A stretch of DNA of 64,000 bases, from the NCBI GenBank assembly GCA_900541875.1, contig UQLF01000002.1:54350-118349 (forward strand). The letters run 5' to 3'. Below, piece after piece: positions 28,170-37,509 of this stretch. Under the pieces are notes generated by a model, which worked only from the letters and a program-made list of their open reading frames with translations, was not told the origin of the DNA and ran no database searches. How positions within the stretch are numbered: the stretch's first letter is position 1; each line of letters opens with the position of its first letter. The stretch comes from an uncultured Collinsella sp. (GTDB taxonomy: Bacteria > Actinomycetota > Coriobacteriia > Coriobacteriales > Coriobacteriaceae). Made by a program: the position numbers and the translations under genes.

Positions 28170-28764
28170 TTCCCGGAAAGCCTGTCTGGCGCAAAGCTTC
28201 GTAGAGGACGATGGCGGCGCTGTTGGAGAGGTTGAGTGCACTGATGCGGTAGTCGTCCGGGTTGACGAAGTTGCCGCAGATATCCTGCCGAAGGATGGCC
28301 TCGTGACTGTCCTCGGTATGCCCCAGCGATTCCTCGTGAGCTTCCCAAGCCTCGGCGTTATCGAGTGAGTCGCAATCGCGCAGCATGGGGATGCGCTCGC
28401 AACGCTCGGGCGCCGCGGCAAGCAGTGGCTCGGGAATGCCCGAGCTCTCGCTGCCAAAGACCAAGAAGTCGCCGTCGCGATAGGTGCTTTGCGCATAGGT
28501 GCGACGAGCCTTTTTAGTCAGCAGGTGCAGGCGCTCATCGGCGGGGGAGAGGTCGTTGCGGGCAAGGAAGTCCTTCCAGTCGGCATAGGTCGTCACGTTC
28601 AAGTTTTGCCAATAACCCAGACCGGCGCGACGTACCGTCTTGTCGTCGAGCGAAAAGCCCAGCGGCTCCACCAGATGCAGACGGGCGCCGGTGACCACGC
28701 AGGTGCGGCCAATGTTACCCGTATTGGCCGGAATCTCGGGCGCATACAGCACGATATTGAACAT
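28165..28764 (-). CDS. trmL: tRNA (cytidine/uridine-2'-O)-methyltransferase TrmL-like (SpoU/SPOUT) with a ~44-aa acidic insertion
   Basis: MFNIVLYAPEIPANTGNIGRTC and LNLSNSAAIVLYEALRQ flank the inserted DCDSLDNAEAWEAHEESLGHTEDSHEAILRQ... Start chosen at the ATG at 28764. Confidence 0.75.
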   Translation of the reverse strand: MFNIVLYAPEIPANTGNIGRTCVVTGARLHLVEPLGFSLDDKTVRRAGLGYWQNLNVTTYADWKDFLARNDLSPADERLHLLTKKARRTYAQSTYRDGDFLVFGSESSGIPEPLLAAAPERCERIPMLRDCDSLDNAEAWEAHEESLGHTEDSHEAILRQDICGNFVNPDDYRISALNLSNSAAIVLYEALRQTGFPGM

Positions 28765-28788
28765 GAATCTCCTTGGCTCAGAACGAAA

Positions 28789-28825
28789 AACCACCACGAA
28801 GGGCACCTTCGTGGTGGTTTGGCGG
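28789..28825. terminator. intrinsic terminator downstream of the CobW-family gene (minus strand)
   Basis: CCACCACGAAGG-gcac-CTTCGTGGTGG, flanked by an A-run on the plus strand and a T-run on the minus strand. Confidence 0.7.
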
Positions 28826-28859
28826 TTACGTAGGCGGAAAAATGCCCGCCTCGATAAAC

Positions 28860-29990
28860 CTAGGCGCGGTGCCAATCGGTCAGACAGGCGTCGAGGGAGG
28901 CGATGAGCGCATCCTTGTCCATGTGACGGCCGATGATGCACAGGCTCGTCATGCGGTCGCCCGTCTCGTCGTCCCAAATCTGCATGATCTCGGGGTTTTC
29001 GTCGATGATCTTCTGCTTCTCGCCCTCGGGCGCCGAGTCGACAAACAGGCCGTTCTCCATCAGGCGCATCTGGTGGCCGGCCTGCTCAAACATGTAGCAC
29101 ATGTCCGGATTGCCGGTCTGCCACAGCGGACCCTTGACGCGGATGACCTCGTCGGGCCACTCCTGCTCAACAAAATCGGTGAACTTCTGCAGGTCAAACG
29201 GCTTACGGCGCGAGTACACAAAGGTCTCGATGTCGTACTCGAGCACCTCGGGGTCGTCGTGCTCCTCGGGATGCTCCATGGCCTCGATCCAAGCGGCGGA
29301 GTTGTAGGCGCGCATAAAGTCGAAGCGGTCGGTGTCGAGCAGCTCCTCCATGGGGACCTCGCCGTTTTGGGCCTCGACGATCACGGCGTCTTTCTGCAGG
29401 CTGCGCACGATGGCCTTGAGCTCGGCGATCTGCTCGGGGCTCACGGTATCGGTCTTGTTGAGGATCAGCGTGGAGCAGAACTCGATCTGCTGGATGAGCA
29501 GACTTTCGATGTCGTCCTCGTCGATATCCTCGGCCAGCAGGTCGCGACCGCCGTTGAACTCGTCGTACATGCGGGCGCAGTCGACCACGGCCACGATGTT
29601 GTCGAGCGCAAGCTTAGGCTCGCCGCCCACCTTGGCCTCGTCGCAGAAGCTCGAGATGGTGTAGGCGATGGGGATAGGCTCGCAAATGCCCGATGCCTCG
29701 ATGATGATGTAATCGAAGTTGCCCGAATCGGCGATGCCCTGCAGCTGGTTGGCAAGGTCGTCCGAAAGCGTACAGCAGATGCAGCCGTTGGTGAGCGGGA
29801 TGAGGTCATCGGTCTCGGAAAGGCCGCCGTCGGCGATGAGGCTGGCGTCCACATTGATCTCGCCGATATCGTTGACGATTACGGCGGCGCGGATGCCGCC
29901 GTCGTTAGCGAGGATGTGGTTGAGCAGCGTGGTCTTGCCGGCACCGAGGTATCCGGTAAGCATGATGATCTTCACGGGTTTGTTGGGCAT
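28860..29990 (-). CDS. CobW/G3E-family GTPase (COG0523 putative zinc metallochaperone)
   Basis: Motifs MLTGYLGAGKTTLLNHIL and GCICCTL. RBS AAGGAGGG before MPNKPVK. Confidence 0.85.
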   Translation of the reverse strand: MPNKPVKIIMLTGYLGAGKTTLLNHILANDGGIRAAVIVNDIGEINVDASLIADGGLSETDDLIPLTNGCICCTLSDDLANQLQGIADSGNFDYIIIEASGICEPIPIAYTISSFCDEAKVGGEPKLALDNIVAVVDCARMYDEFNGGRDLLAEDIDEDDIESLLIQQIEFCSTLILNKTDTVSPEQIAELKAIVRSLQKDAVIVEAQNGEVPMEELLDTDRFDFMRAYNSAAWIEAMEHPEEHDDPEVLEYDIETFVYSRRKPFDLQKFTDFVEQEWPDEVIRVKGPLWQTGNPDMCYMFEQAGHQMRLMENGLFVDSAPEGEKQKIIDENPEIMQIWDDETGDRMTSLCIIGRHMDKDALIASLDACLTDWHRA

Positions 29991-30076
29991 GTGCCCTCCT
30001 TTGTTAGACATGGCTTACAGTTAAATCTTATGCCAAACGCTCGCTCTTATACCCACGCGCCGGCAAATAACACAGG

Positions 30077-30418
30077 CTACTCCCAGGCTCCCCACACATC
30101 GGGGCAATAACCGACGGTGGCCTTTTTGCCGTTGCGCACGATGGGCTCGGCTAGAACCTGCTGGTTCTCGAGCAGTTTATCGAAGCGCTGACTGGGGGTA
30201 AGGTGCTGAATGAGTGCGAGCGTCTCCTCGTCCTTGGCTTTGGGGTTGAGCAGCTTGTCGATGCCGCCGACCGCCTGCATCACGCTCGTGAGCTCGCCCT
30301 TGCTCATCTCCTTTTCCTTAAGGTCAATAAACTGCACCTTAATGCGGCGCTCCTTAAAATAACGCTGCGCCTTCTTGGTATCGAAGGACTTTTTGGTGCC
30401 GAAGATTTGCACGTTCAT
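30077..30418 (-). CDS. ArsC/Spx-family protein (YffB-like, 113 aa)
   Basis: Starts MNVQIFGTKKSFDTKKAQRYFKERRIKVQFIDL. Only the C-terminal third of the 249-aa track ORF is a plausible gene. Confidence 0.75.
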   Translation of the reverse strand: MNVQIFGTKKSFDTKKAQRYFKERRIKVQFIDLKEKEMSKGELTSVMQAVGGIDKLLNPKAKDEETLALIQHLTPSQRFDKLLENQQVLAEPIVRNGKKATVGYCPDVWGAWE

Positions 30419-30434
30419 AGTATGTTCCGCCGTT

Positions 30435-31061
30435 CTAACGAATGAAGTTGGTCGTTGCGCGATCGGCTTCGGGTGCGTTGATGCCGGCGGCCTGTCCTGC
30501 CTCGATGCAACGCAGGAGCCAGGCCATGTTTTTGCCGATGTTTCGCATGGTGGCAAGGCCCTCGGCGTCCCCATCGGCGTCGCCGGGCACGCGGCCAAAC
30601 ACGTTGTTCCAGTAGGTGGAAGCGACCACGGGCATTTGCTTAATGGTGAAGTACTTGTTGAGCACATCGAAGGTGGTCGACGTGCCGCCGCGACGGGCGA
30701 CGGCGACTGCGGCGCCGGGTTTGTGCTCAAAGGCATGCCCGCCTGCATAGAAGGCGCGATCGAGGGCCGAAAGGATGCGGCCGCTGGGGTGCGCGTAGTA
30801 GACGGGCGAGCCAAAGACAAAGGCATCTGCCTGCTCGGCGGCAGCGATGAGCTCGTTCACCACGTCGTCGTCAAAGGTGCAGCGTCCGCCAAGCTTGCCG
30901 CACTGACCACAGCCAATGCAGTCGCGAATGGGCTTGGCGCCCAGCTGGAACACCTCGGTATCGATACCCTCGGCATGCAATTGCTCGGCGACTTCGGCAA
31001 GCGCGCGAGCGGTGTTGCCGTTTGCCTTGGGGCTACCGTTGACTAAAAGAACCTTCATCAC
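30435..31061 (-). CDS. flavodoxin-like NADPH-dependent FMN reductase / iron-sulfur flavoprotein family
   Basis: N-terminus MMKVLLVNGSPKANGNT. Cys motif CIGCGQCGKLGGRC. FGSPVYY motif. Confidence 0.75.
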   Translation of the reverse strand: MMKVLLVNGSPKANGNTARALAEVAEQLHAEGIDTEVFQLGAKPIRDCIGCGQCGKLGGRCTFDDDVVNELIAAAEQADAFVFGSPVYYAHPSGRILSALDRAFYAGGHAFEHKPGAAVAVARRGGTSTTFDVLNKYFTIKQMPVVASTYWNNVFGRVPGDADGDAEGLATMRNIGKNMAWLLRCIEAGQAAGINAPEADRATTNFIR

Positions 31062-31132
31062 AAACTCCCTCTGCTGTCGATGACTTCTGCAGAGGATTAT
31101 CGCACGATGGGGGAGGCGGCGCGGGCGCGGCG

Positions 31133-32689
31133 TTAATCCAGTTTGGTACCTGGCACCTGCACGGCTTTCCCGAGCAACGCTTTGAGCTCGTTCAAAATGG
31201 AAACGGGCTGACGGTCGACGCCGTCCAGATGGAGCGTTGCCACGCGAATGGGCGGCTGATATTCAAGCGAGCCGATGAGCACGGGAGAACCCAGGAACCG
31301 CTCGATTTCTTCTGCGATCTCATCGATTGCCTCGGGGCCGAGCTCATCGAAAAGCGCCACGAACATCGGTCCCGTCGAGCGGAACAGGCGACCCTTGCCG
31401 CGCGAGCATTCCATAAGGCAGGCGGCGCTTTCGGCGAGCACACGGTCGCCTGCATCGAATCCAAAGCGGGCATTGACCTCGGCGATATCGTCGACCTTAA
31501 TGGCAATAAAGCCTGCCTCGCGCGCCACGCGACGCATTTCGCCAATGGCGTTGACCAGGGCGTGAATATCGCCCAAGCCGGTCACGGAATCGGTCGTATC
31601 TGCCAAGCTTCGGTTGATGATAATGCCCACATACATGCCGGGCTCGGTATCGGTGCCGTCCAAGCGGTAGCCTGTGCAGTCGCAAAGCACGTATTTTCCG
31701 GTGGCATCCATTACGCGATACTGCATGTAGTGGAAGTGCCACGTGCCGTTTATCACCATGTCGAGCTCGGCACGTACGTTGTCGCGGTCCTCGGGATGAA
31801 CGCGGGCGAGCCACATGTCGAGTGAGTTAAAAGGGTGCTGGGAGGGCAGGTCAAAATCGCGCACGGCGTTAACCGACCATTGCGATTCTCCCGTATCGAG
31901 ATTGAGGATAAACGGATAGCGCGTCTCGGAGCTCATGGAGATCGCTTGGAACACCCGGTCGTTGCAGGGAAGCTGATCGACGATTGGGCGTTGCGGCGCG
32001 TCATCGTCTTTCGGTTGCTGCACACGATGCATAAGCTTATAGCGATACATCTTGCGATCGGCATCCATCGTCATCTGGCGACGCGTGTCGCCAGCAAGTG
32101 GATCGACGCGCGAGCAGCCAAAGCTAAAGCTGCCGATCATGGGCGCCTTGCCACCTGAGCTCGCCTCGATCAGCCTGGTACGCACCTGCTCCAAGCGCTG
32201 CTCGAGTTCAATCTCGTTTGCGGAGGGCGAGATGAGCACAAACTCGTCTCCACCGATACGGAACAGCATCTCATCGTGCTCCATGGTTTCGGAGAGCGTG
32301 CGGCAGATGCTCAGAATATAGCGATTGCCTTCGGCGTGGCCAAACCTATCGTTGCAATGCTTGAGATGGTCGATGTCAATATAGGCGCAGGTGAAGGGGT
32401 CGCCTTTGCGCCAGAGTTGCTCGACGTGACGGTCGAATCCGTTGCGGTTGCCCAAGTTGGTGAGCGGATCGATATAGGCGTTGCGCTCAAGCAGCTGGCG
32501 CTCTTGTTGCAGGATGGCATGCGTCTTTTGCAGTTGCTCACCAACGGCGCGTAGCTCAGCAGGCAGCGCGGCAACATCGAGTTCAGCGGTCGAGACGCCG
32601 TTCGCAAGTCGCTGAAGATAGGCAATAATCGATTGCTCGCCCAGGCGATATGACTCGTTCATGATGGATAACCTCCTTGGGCGGAACAA
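31133..32689 (-). CDS. GGDEF-domain diguanylate cyclase with PAS and a second degenerate GGDEF-like domain
   Basis: FRIGGDEFVLI. NRNGFDRHVEQLW...YIDIDHLKHCNDRFGH. Confidence 0.8.
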   Translation of the reverse strand: MFRPRRLSIMNESYRLGEQSIIAYLQRLANGVSTAELDVAALPAELRAVGEQLQKTHAILQQERQLLERNAYIDPLTNLGNRNGFDRHVEQLWRKGDPFTCAYIDIDHLKHCNDRFGHAEGNRYILSICRTLSETMEHDEMLFRIGGDEFVLISPSANEIELEQRLEQVRTRLIEASSGGKAPMIGSFSFGCSRVDPLAGDTRRQMTMDADRKMYRYKLMHRVQQPKDDDAPQRPIVDQLPCNDRVFQAISMSSETRYPFILNLDTGESQWSVNAVRDFDLPSQHPFNSLDMWLARVHPEDRDNVRAELDMVINGTWHFHYMQYRVMDATGKYVLCDCTGYRLDGTDTEPGMYVGIIINRSLADTTDSVTGLGDIHALVNAIGEMRRVAREAGFIAIKVDDIAEVNARFGFDAGDRVLAESAACLMECSRGKGRLFRSTGPMFVALFDELGPEAIDEIAEEIERFLGSPVLIGSLEYQPPIRVATLHLDGVDRQPVSILNELKALLGKAVQVPGTKLD

Positions 32690-32789
32690 CGGTTTGTATC
32701 ATATCCCCAATTCGGTTTGAATTGGGGATATAAGTTAGCTAATGGAGACAAATGTCCCCTTCGACGGTGGCGTTTTGCGCGCGAGCGTA

Positions 32790-35507
32790 TCAGTTGTTAT
32801 TGCCACCATCGAGCAATGCCTCAAAATCCTTCGCCGGCACGGGGCGGTAGTAGAGGAAGCCCTGAGCGTCGCGGGCGCCCATTTGTCGTAGCATGTTCGC
32901 CTGCTCATTTGTCTCGACGCCTTCGACCACGACGGGCAGATGGAGCGAATGTGCCATTTCGAGCATCGATGAAATGATTTGCGTGCTGCGGCCTTGATCG
33001 CGGTCGGTGGGCACAAAGGTGCGGTCGAGCTTGATGACGTCGACGTTGACGTTCTTGAGCATCGCGAGCGTGGACTGGCCGGTGCCAAAATCGTCCATAT
33101 AGGTCGAGAAGCCTCGGGTGTGCAGGTCGGCTGTCAGTTTGTCCACGGCTTCGGATTCTCCCGTATAAGCCGTCTCGGTGATCTCGATACGCATGAGCTC
33201 GGGCGGTAGGTTGTATTGGGCGGCGAGCGCCCCCATATGTTCGGCAACGTCGCAGGCAAGGATATCCACGCGAGACACATTAAGCGAGATCGGAACCACG
33301 CGAAGACCGCGATCGAGACGCTCGCGAAGCCATATGGCGACACCCTGCCAAATGTACTTGTCGAGCGTCACTACAAAGCCGCTTTCCTCGAGTGCGGGGA
33401 TAAACGTTGCGGGCGAAATGAGAGAGCCGTCCTTGTCAATCCAGCGGGTGAGTGCTTCGGCGCCAACAATCTCGCCGGTTTCCATATCGACCTGGGGCTG
33501 AAGATAGTACGTGATGCGACCATTTGACAGCGCGTACTGGAATTCGGTCAGCGTGCGGTGGAACGCGACTTCGCGCCCGTACTCCGCGGGGCAGAAAATG
33601 GCAATGCGCTCCTTAAAGTCGTTTTTTGCGCGCCGATTGGTAAACATGGCCTTCGCCTGCGCATCGATGGTGATCTCCTCATTGGAGTCGATGGGGTAAA
33701 CGCCCATGGACGGCCAAAAACCTACGCCGTCATCATGCCTGGCTACTGCCTCGCGAACGCGGTTGTAGATTTGACGGACGGTGATGTGCTTAAAGGGGAT
33801 GAGTATGCAAAAGTCATCTTGGCCCCAGTATCCTGCGACGCCCATATCGGCATTCTCGATGTCCTTGAGGACCGTGCCCACATCGGCGAGCACGCGGTCG
33901 CCCTCGGCCTGGCCGTGCCATTCATTAAACAGGCGCATGTGGCCCATGTCGACCGTGGCGATGCACCAGGCACCGTCGCGCCTTGCCTCGAGAAATGCGT
34001 TGGCACGCCGCATGAACTCGCTGGGTCGATAGAGGCCCGTGAGCGAGTCGATGCGTTCGGCGATGACGCTTTTGCGCTCCGCCTCGGGTATGGGGAGGCT
34101 GTCGTTGGGGACAAGCCCGCCGGCTGTGCGAAGGCGACGCTCGAGTTCGCCTAAAACGGCGGTCGCTTGATGGGTTAAGTGCTCGTAAAAGGCCGGGACG
34201 ACAAGGCAGACGGGAGTAATGGTGTCGCCTGCGATTCGAACAGGAGCGAAAACGGCCTCTTTAAGGTGGCGGGTCAGTTGCTCGAATGCCTCGTGGTCTA
34301 GGTCGTTGCTGAGCACGACGAACTGGACGCTTCGTGAACGGTAGACCCGGCTCCTGCCGCGGGTGATCGACAGCATGCGGCCTGCGTATTCGGCAAGCAT
34401 GTTGTCGACAGCCTCGGCCCCGTAGAGCTCGTTGAGCTTTGTCGTGCCACGAACGCGCACCGCTATAAGCCCTGTCTCGCAACGATCGCGGCGGCAGGCG
34501 TCGATGGCGTTGGCCAGCATGCGCTGCGTTCCGAGGCCTGTGGCGGCGTCGACGGTTTCGGCAAGTGAGTGGTTGACGAGCTCGCCGACATAGAGCGAGG
34601 GGACATTTCCGTCGCCGTCGATACGAAACCCGCGAGCACGGCAAAGGACGTAGTCGCCGACGGCGTTGCGCACACGATACTGCATGACGCGACGGTGCTT
34701 GGTGCCGTTGTAGACTTGGTCGATGTCGTTGATGCAGGCCTCAAGGTCGTCGGGATGGACGCGCGTTTTCCAGTAATCGCGACAGTTGTCTATGTGCTCC
34801 GAGGGAAGGCCAAGATCGCGCAAGGCACCTTGTGACCAAAGGGTGCGATGTTTGTCCAAGTTCTCGATAAAGAAATAACGGCCCTCGTTGAGCATCGAAA
34901 AGGCGTCAAAAATTCGATCGCTTATTTCGAAGTCGTCGGCGTGAACTTGCGTGATATTGCGTCGATCGAGGCGCATGGCGTGACGTAGCTTGTAGTCGTA
35001 CATGCGATGGTCGGCATCGAGCGTCATGCGATTGGAAGCTTCGCCCAGGGCGGGGTCGGCATGTGACACTCCGTAGCTAAACGAGTGGGGCATCTCGGAA
35101 TCGTTGTTTTTGAGCAGAACCGTTCGGCAGTGTTTCAGACGTTCGGCGAGGTCGTCCTCGGTTGCAATCGTAGATAGGATGGCAAACTCGTCGCCGCCTA
35201 TGCGAAACGCCGCTTCGCCCACCTTCATATACAGCTTAAGATAGAGACTTACCTGCAAGATATAGCGGTTGCCCTCGTCATGCCCAAAGACGTCGTTGCA
35301 GTGCTTGAGATTGTCGATATCGATGAACGCCATGGTAACGGGGGCGTCCTGCTCCCAGAGCTCCTCGAGGGAACGGGCAAAGCCGCCACGGTTGCCAAGC
35401 CCGGTAAGCTGGTCGGTAAAGGCCGTCCTGATCAGATCCTCCTGACGCTCGAGAAGGTCACGGACGGTCCTTTCGAGCGTTTCGGTGTAATTGCTGACAG
35501 TTTCCAT
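32790..35507 (-). CDS. multi-domain c-di-GMP protein: GGDEF-PAS-(degenerate GGDEF)-GGDEF(GQDDF)-EAL
   Basis: GGDEF motif RIGGDEFAILS. EAL motifs EALTRWI and DDFGTGQSTLAMLKNVNVDVIKLD. It is a tandem paralogue of the upstream gene. Confidence 0.85.
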   Translation of the reverse strand: METVSNYTETLERTVRDLLERQEDLIRTAFTDQLTGLGNRGGFARSLEELWEQDAPVTMAFIDIDNLKHCNDVFGHDEGNRYILQVSLYLKLYMKVGEAAFRIGGDEFAILSTIATEDDLAERLKHCRTVLLKNNDSEMPHSFSYGVSHADPALGEASNRMTLDADHRMYDYKLRHAMRLDRRNITQVHADDFEISDRIFDAFSMLNEGRYFFIENLDKHRTLWSQGALRDLGLPSEHIDNCRDYWKTRVHPDDLEACINDIDQVYNGTKHRRVMQYRVRNAVGDYVLCRARGFRIDGDGNVPSLYVGELVNHSLAETVDAATGLGTQRMLANAIDACRRDRCETGLIAVRVRGTTKLNELYGAEAVDNMLAEYAGRMLSITRGRSRVYRSRSVQFVVLSNDLDHEAFEQLTRHLKEAVFAPVRIAGDTITPVCLVVPAFYEHLTHQATAVLGELERRLRTAGGLVPNDSLPIPEAERKSVIAERIDSLTGLYRPSEFMRRANAFLEARRDGAWCIATVDMGHMRLFNEWHGQAEGDRVLADVGTVLKDIENADMGVAGYWGQDDFCILIPFKHITVRQIYNRVREAVARHDDGVGFWPSMGVYPIDSNEEITIDAQAKAMFTNRRAKNDFKERIAIFCPAEYGREVAFHRTLTEFQYALSNGRITYYLQPQVDMETGEIVGAEALTRWIDKDGSLISPATFIPALEESGFVVTLDKYIWQGVAIWLRERLDRGLRVVPISLNVSRVDILACDVAEHMGALAAQYNLPPELMRIEITETAYTGESEAVDKLTADLHTRGFSTYMDDFGTGQSTLAMLKNVNVDVIKLDRTFVPTDRDQGRSTQIISSMLEMAHSLHLPVVVEGVETNEQANMLRQMGARDAQGFLYYRPVPAKDFEALLDGGNNN

Positions 35508-35831
35508 GTTCTAAGCGACTTTCTGAGGCCGGGGCGGATTGCGTCGGGCGAGCTCGTTGTGTACACGCGTCGTTGCTCGGCATTTTGCGTGTATCCAGGC
35601 CCCCGCCTTGCTGCGTTGTTGAGTTAATTTGCCGGCTAATGTTCGCTGTTGATAACAGCTGAGTAGTGTAAACAACAGTGCACAATTATATATGGGTGCA
35701 CATGCTGTGGGCGGCTATTATTCGACAAGCGGCAGCGCGACGATGCGATGTTCGATAAAAATGCGACTGGGACGATATATGTTGACGGGTATACTTGTCC
35801 CGTTTTAAAACGCAGGAACGGAGATGGTCGC

Positions 35832-36701
35832 ATGGCACAGTCAAATACGACGCGCACGGTGGGGCTGGCGCTCGAGGGAGGCGGCTACCGCGGTATGTAT
35901 ACAGCGGGCGTGCTCGATGTATGGATGGAGCACGGTTTGACCTGCGACCATATGGTGGGCGTCTCGGCGGGCGCGGCATTTGGCTACAACTTTAAATCGC
36001 GCCAGATCGGCCGCGCCATTCGCTATAACAAGGCCTATTGCGCCGACAAGCGCTATGCGAGCGTGACCAGCTGGCTGCGAACCGGCGATATGTTCAATGC
36101 CGACTTTGCCTATCACGAGGTGCCTATCGAGCGCGATCCCATCGACCTGGAAGCATATCGCGCCTGCCCCATGCGATTTACGTGCGTGTGTACCGATATC
36201 GAGACGGGCAAGGCCGTCTATCACGACCTGCCCTATGGCGATGAGCGCGATATCGAGTGGATCCGGGCGTCGTCGGCAATTCCCGTGGCGACGCGTCCTG
36301 TCGCCATTGAGGGCCGCAAGTACCTGGATGGCGGCGTGGCCGATTCCATTCCCAGCGCTTGGCTGTTTGCGCAGGGGTATGACCGCAATATCGTGGTACT
36401 CACGCAGCCGGCGGGCTTTGTGAAGCAGCCCAACAGCGTGATGCCCATGCTGCGGCGCGTGTTCCGTCACTATCCGGAGTTTGTCGCAGCGCTTGAGCAC
36501 CGGCATGAGGTCTACAATGCCACGCTCGATGACCTGGCACGTCGCGAGGCTGCCGGCGAGATCTTTGTGGTGCGTCCGAGCGAATCGGTGAAGGTGCCGT
36601 CGCTGTGTCGCGAGCCCGATGAACTTGAGCGCATCTACCAGATTGGTCGCCGCGATGCGGAGGCGACCTTGCCGGCACTGGAGGCATATCTGGCAGGGTA
36701 G
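35832..36701 (+). CDS. patatin-like phospholipase family protein
   Basis: Motifs GGGYRGMYTAGVL and GVSAG (GxSxG). RBS AGGAACGGAG before the ATG at 35832. Confidence 0.85.
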   Translation: MAQSNTTRTVGLALEGGGYRGMYTAGVLDVWMEHGLTCDHMVGVSAGAAFGYNFKSRQIGRAIRYNKAYCADKRYASVTSWLRTGDMFNADFAYHEVPIERDPIDLEAYRACPMRFTCVCTDIETGKAVYHDLPYGDERDIEWIRASSAIPVATRPVAIEGRKYLDGGVADSIPSAWLFAQGYDRNIVVLTQPAGFVKQPNSVMPMLRRVFRHYPEFVAALEHRHEVYNATLDDLARREAAGEIFVVRPSESVKVPSLCREPDELERIYQIGRRDAEATLPALEAYLAG

Positions 36702-36736
36702 AGGCTGCTGCCGCCATCTCGGCGGAAAGCGCATCC

Positions 36737-36782
36737 CGGAATGGAGGGTCAAACTGGGATGCGCTTTCCATTGCTGAAGATA
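36737..36782. terminator. bidirectional terminator hairpin (patatin + / thiE -)
   Basis: GGAAAGCGCATCCC-N18-GGGATGCGCTTTCC, a 14-bp stem. Confidence 0.6.
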
Positions 36783-36813
36783 TGAGGCTGCGAATCAGCT
36801 GCTCGGCCTAGAC

Positions 36814-37509
36814 TTACGCCTGCTGCCAGGTGTCGACGAGCTCCTTGGCGGCGACGTAGGGGTCGTCGGCACTGCAGACGGCGCTCACCACAAAGAAGCC
36901 ATCGACGCCGGTAGCCTTGAGCTGCGGCAGGTCGGCCGTCTTGACGCCGCCGCCCACTACGATGGGCACGGGGCTTGCCGCGTGGAGTGCGGCCAGATCC
37001 TCAAAGCTCTTGGTGATGATGGAGCCATCGGCCGCGCGTCCGCAGTCGCGCTTGGTCTCGGTCTCGTGGAGCGGGCCGATGCCCAGGTAGTCGACTAGGC
37101 TCATGTCGGCGGTCTTGACGTACTCGAGCATCTCCTCGCAACGGGCGGAAAGGCCCACGATGGCGTCGGGGCCCAGCAGCTTGCGACAGACCTCGACGGG
37201 AATATCGCTTTGGCCCACGTGCACGCCGTCGACAGCAATACCCTGCTCGCGCGCGGCAAGCACACAGTCCAGACGGTCGTCGATCAGCAGGGCGACCTGA
37301 CCGGTCTTGCCGGCCTGTGCGATTGCCTGTGCGGCGTCGCCGGTCAGCGCAATGATCTCGCGGGCGCTTGCCACCTTGGAGCGCACCTGGATGCAGGTAA
37401 AGCCGGCGTCGAGTGCCTGGGCCACCACATCGCCCACGGGGCGCCCGAGCGTGTTTTCGGGGCCGAGCACCAGATAGGCCGAGATATCAAGGTTGTCGCG
37501 GATACTCAT
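36814..37509 (-). CDS. thiE: thiamine phosphate synthase
   Basis: 231 aa carrying the ThiE TIM-barrel signature blocks IQVRSK..., HVGQSD and PIVVGGGV. Confidence 0.9.
   Translation of the reverse strand: MSIRDNLDISAYLVLGPENTLGRPVGDVVAQALDAGFTCIQVRSKVASAREIIALTGDAAQAIAQAGKTGQVALLIDDRLDCVLAAREQGIAVDGVHVGQSDIPVEVCRKLLGPDAIVGLSARCEEMLEYVKTADMSLVDYLGIGPLHETETKRDCGRAADGSIITKSFEDLAALHAASPVPIVVGGGVKTADLPQLKATGVDGFFVVSAVCSADDPYVAAKELVDTWQQA

Noticed and set aside
24414-28170. Interpreting the two flanking TGTGACAAAGGGA palindromes as terminal inverted repeats of a mobile cassette
   Set aside because: Each palindrome is self-complementary, so each is a hairpin on its own. Each sits exactly at a stop codon like a terminator, and the second also serves the convergent trmL. 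They are not necessarily cassette ends. I report this as a possibility only, inside the ATPase/UvrA2 finding.
30077-30826. 249-aa ORF
   Set aside because: Only the C-terminal 113 codons, from the ATG at 30418, encode a recognisable ArsC/YffB-family protein. The upstream part is Pro/Ala-rich and overlaps the flavodoxin-like gene on the same strand in another frame.
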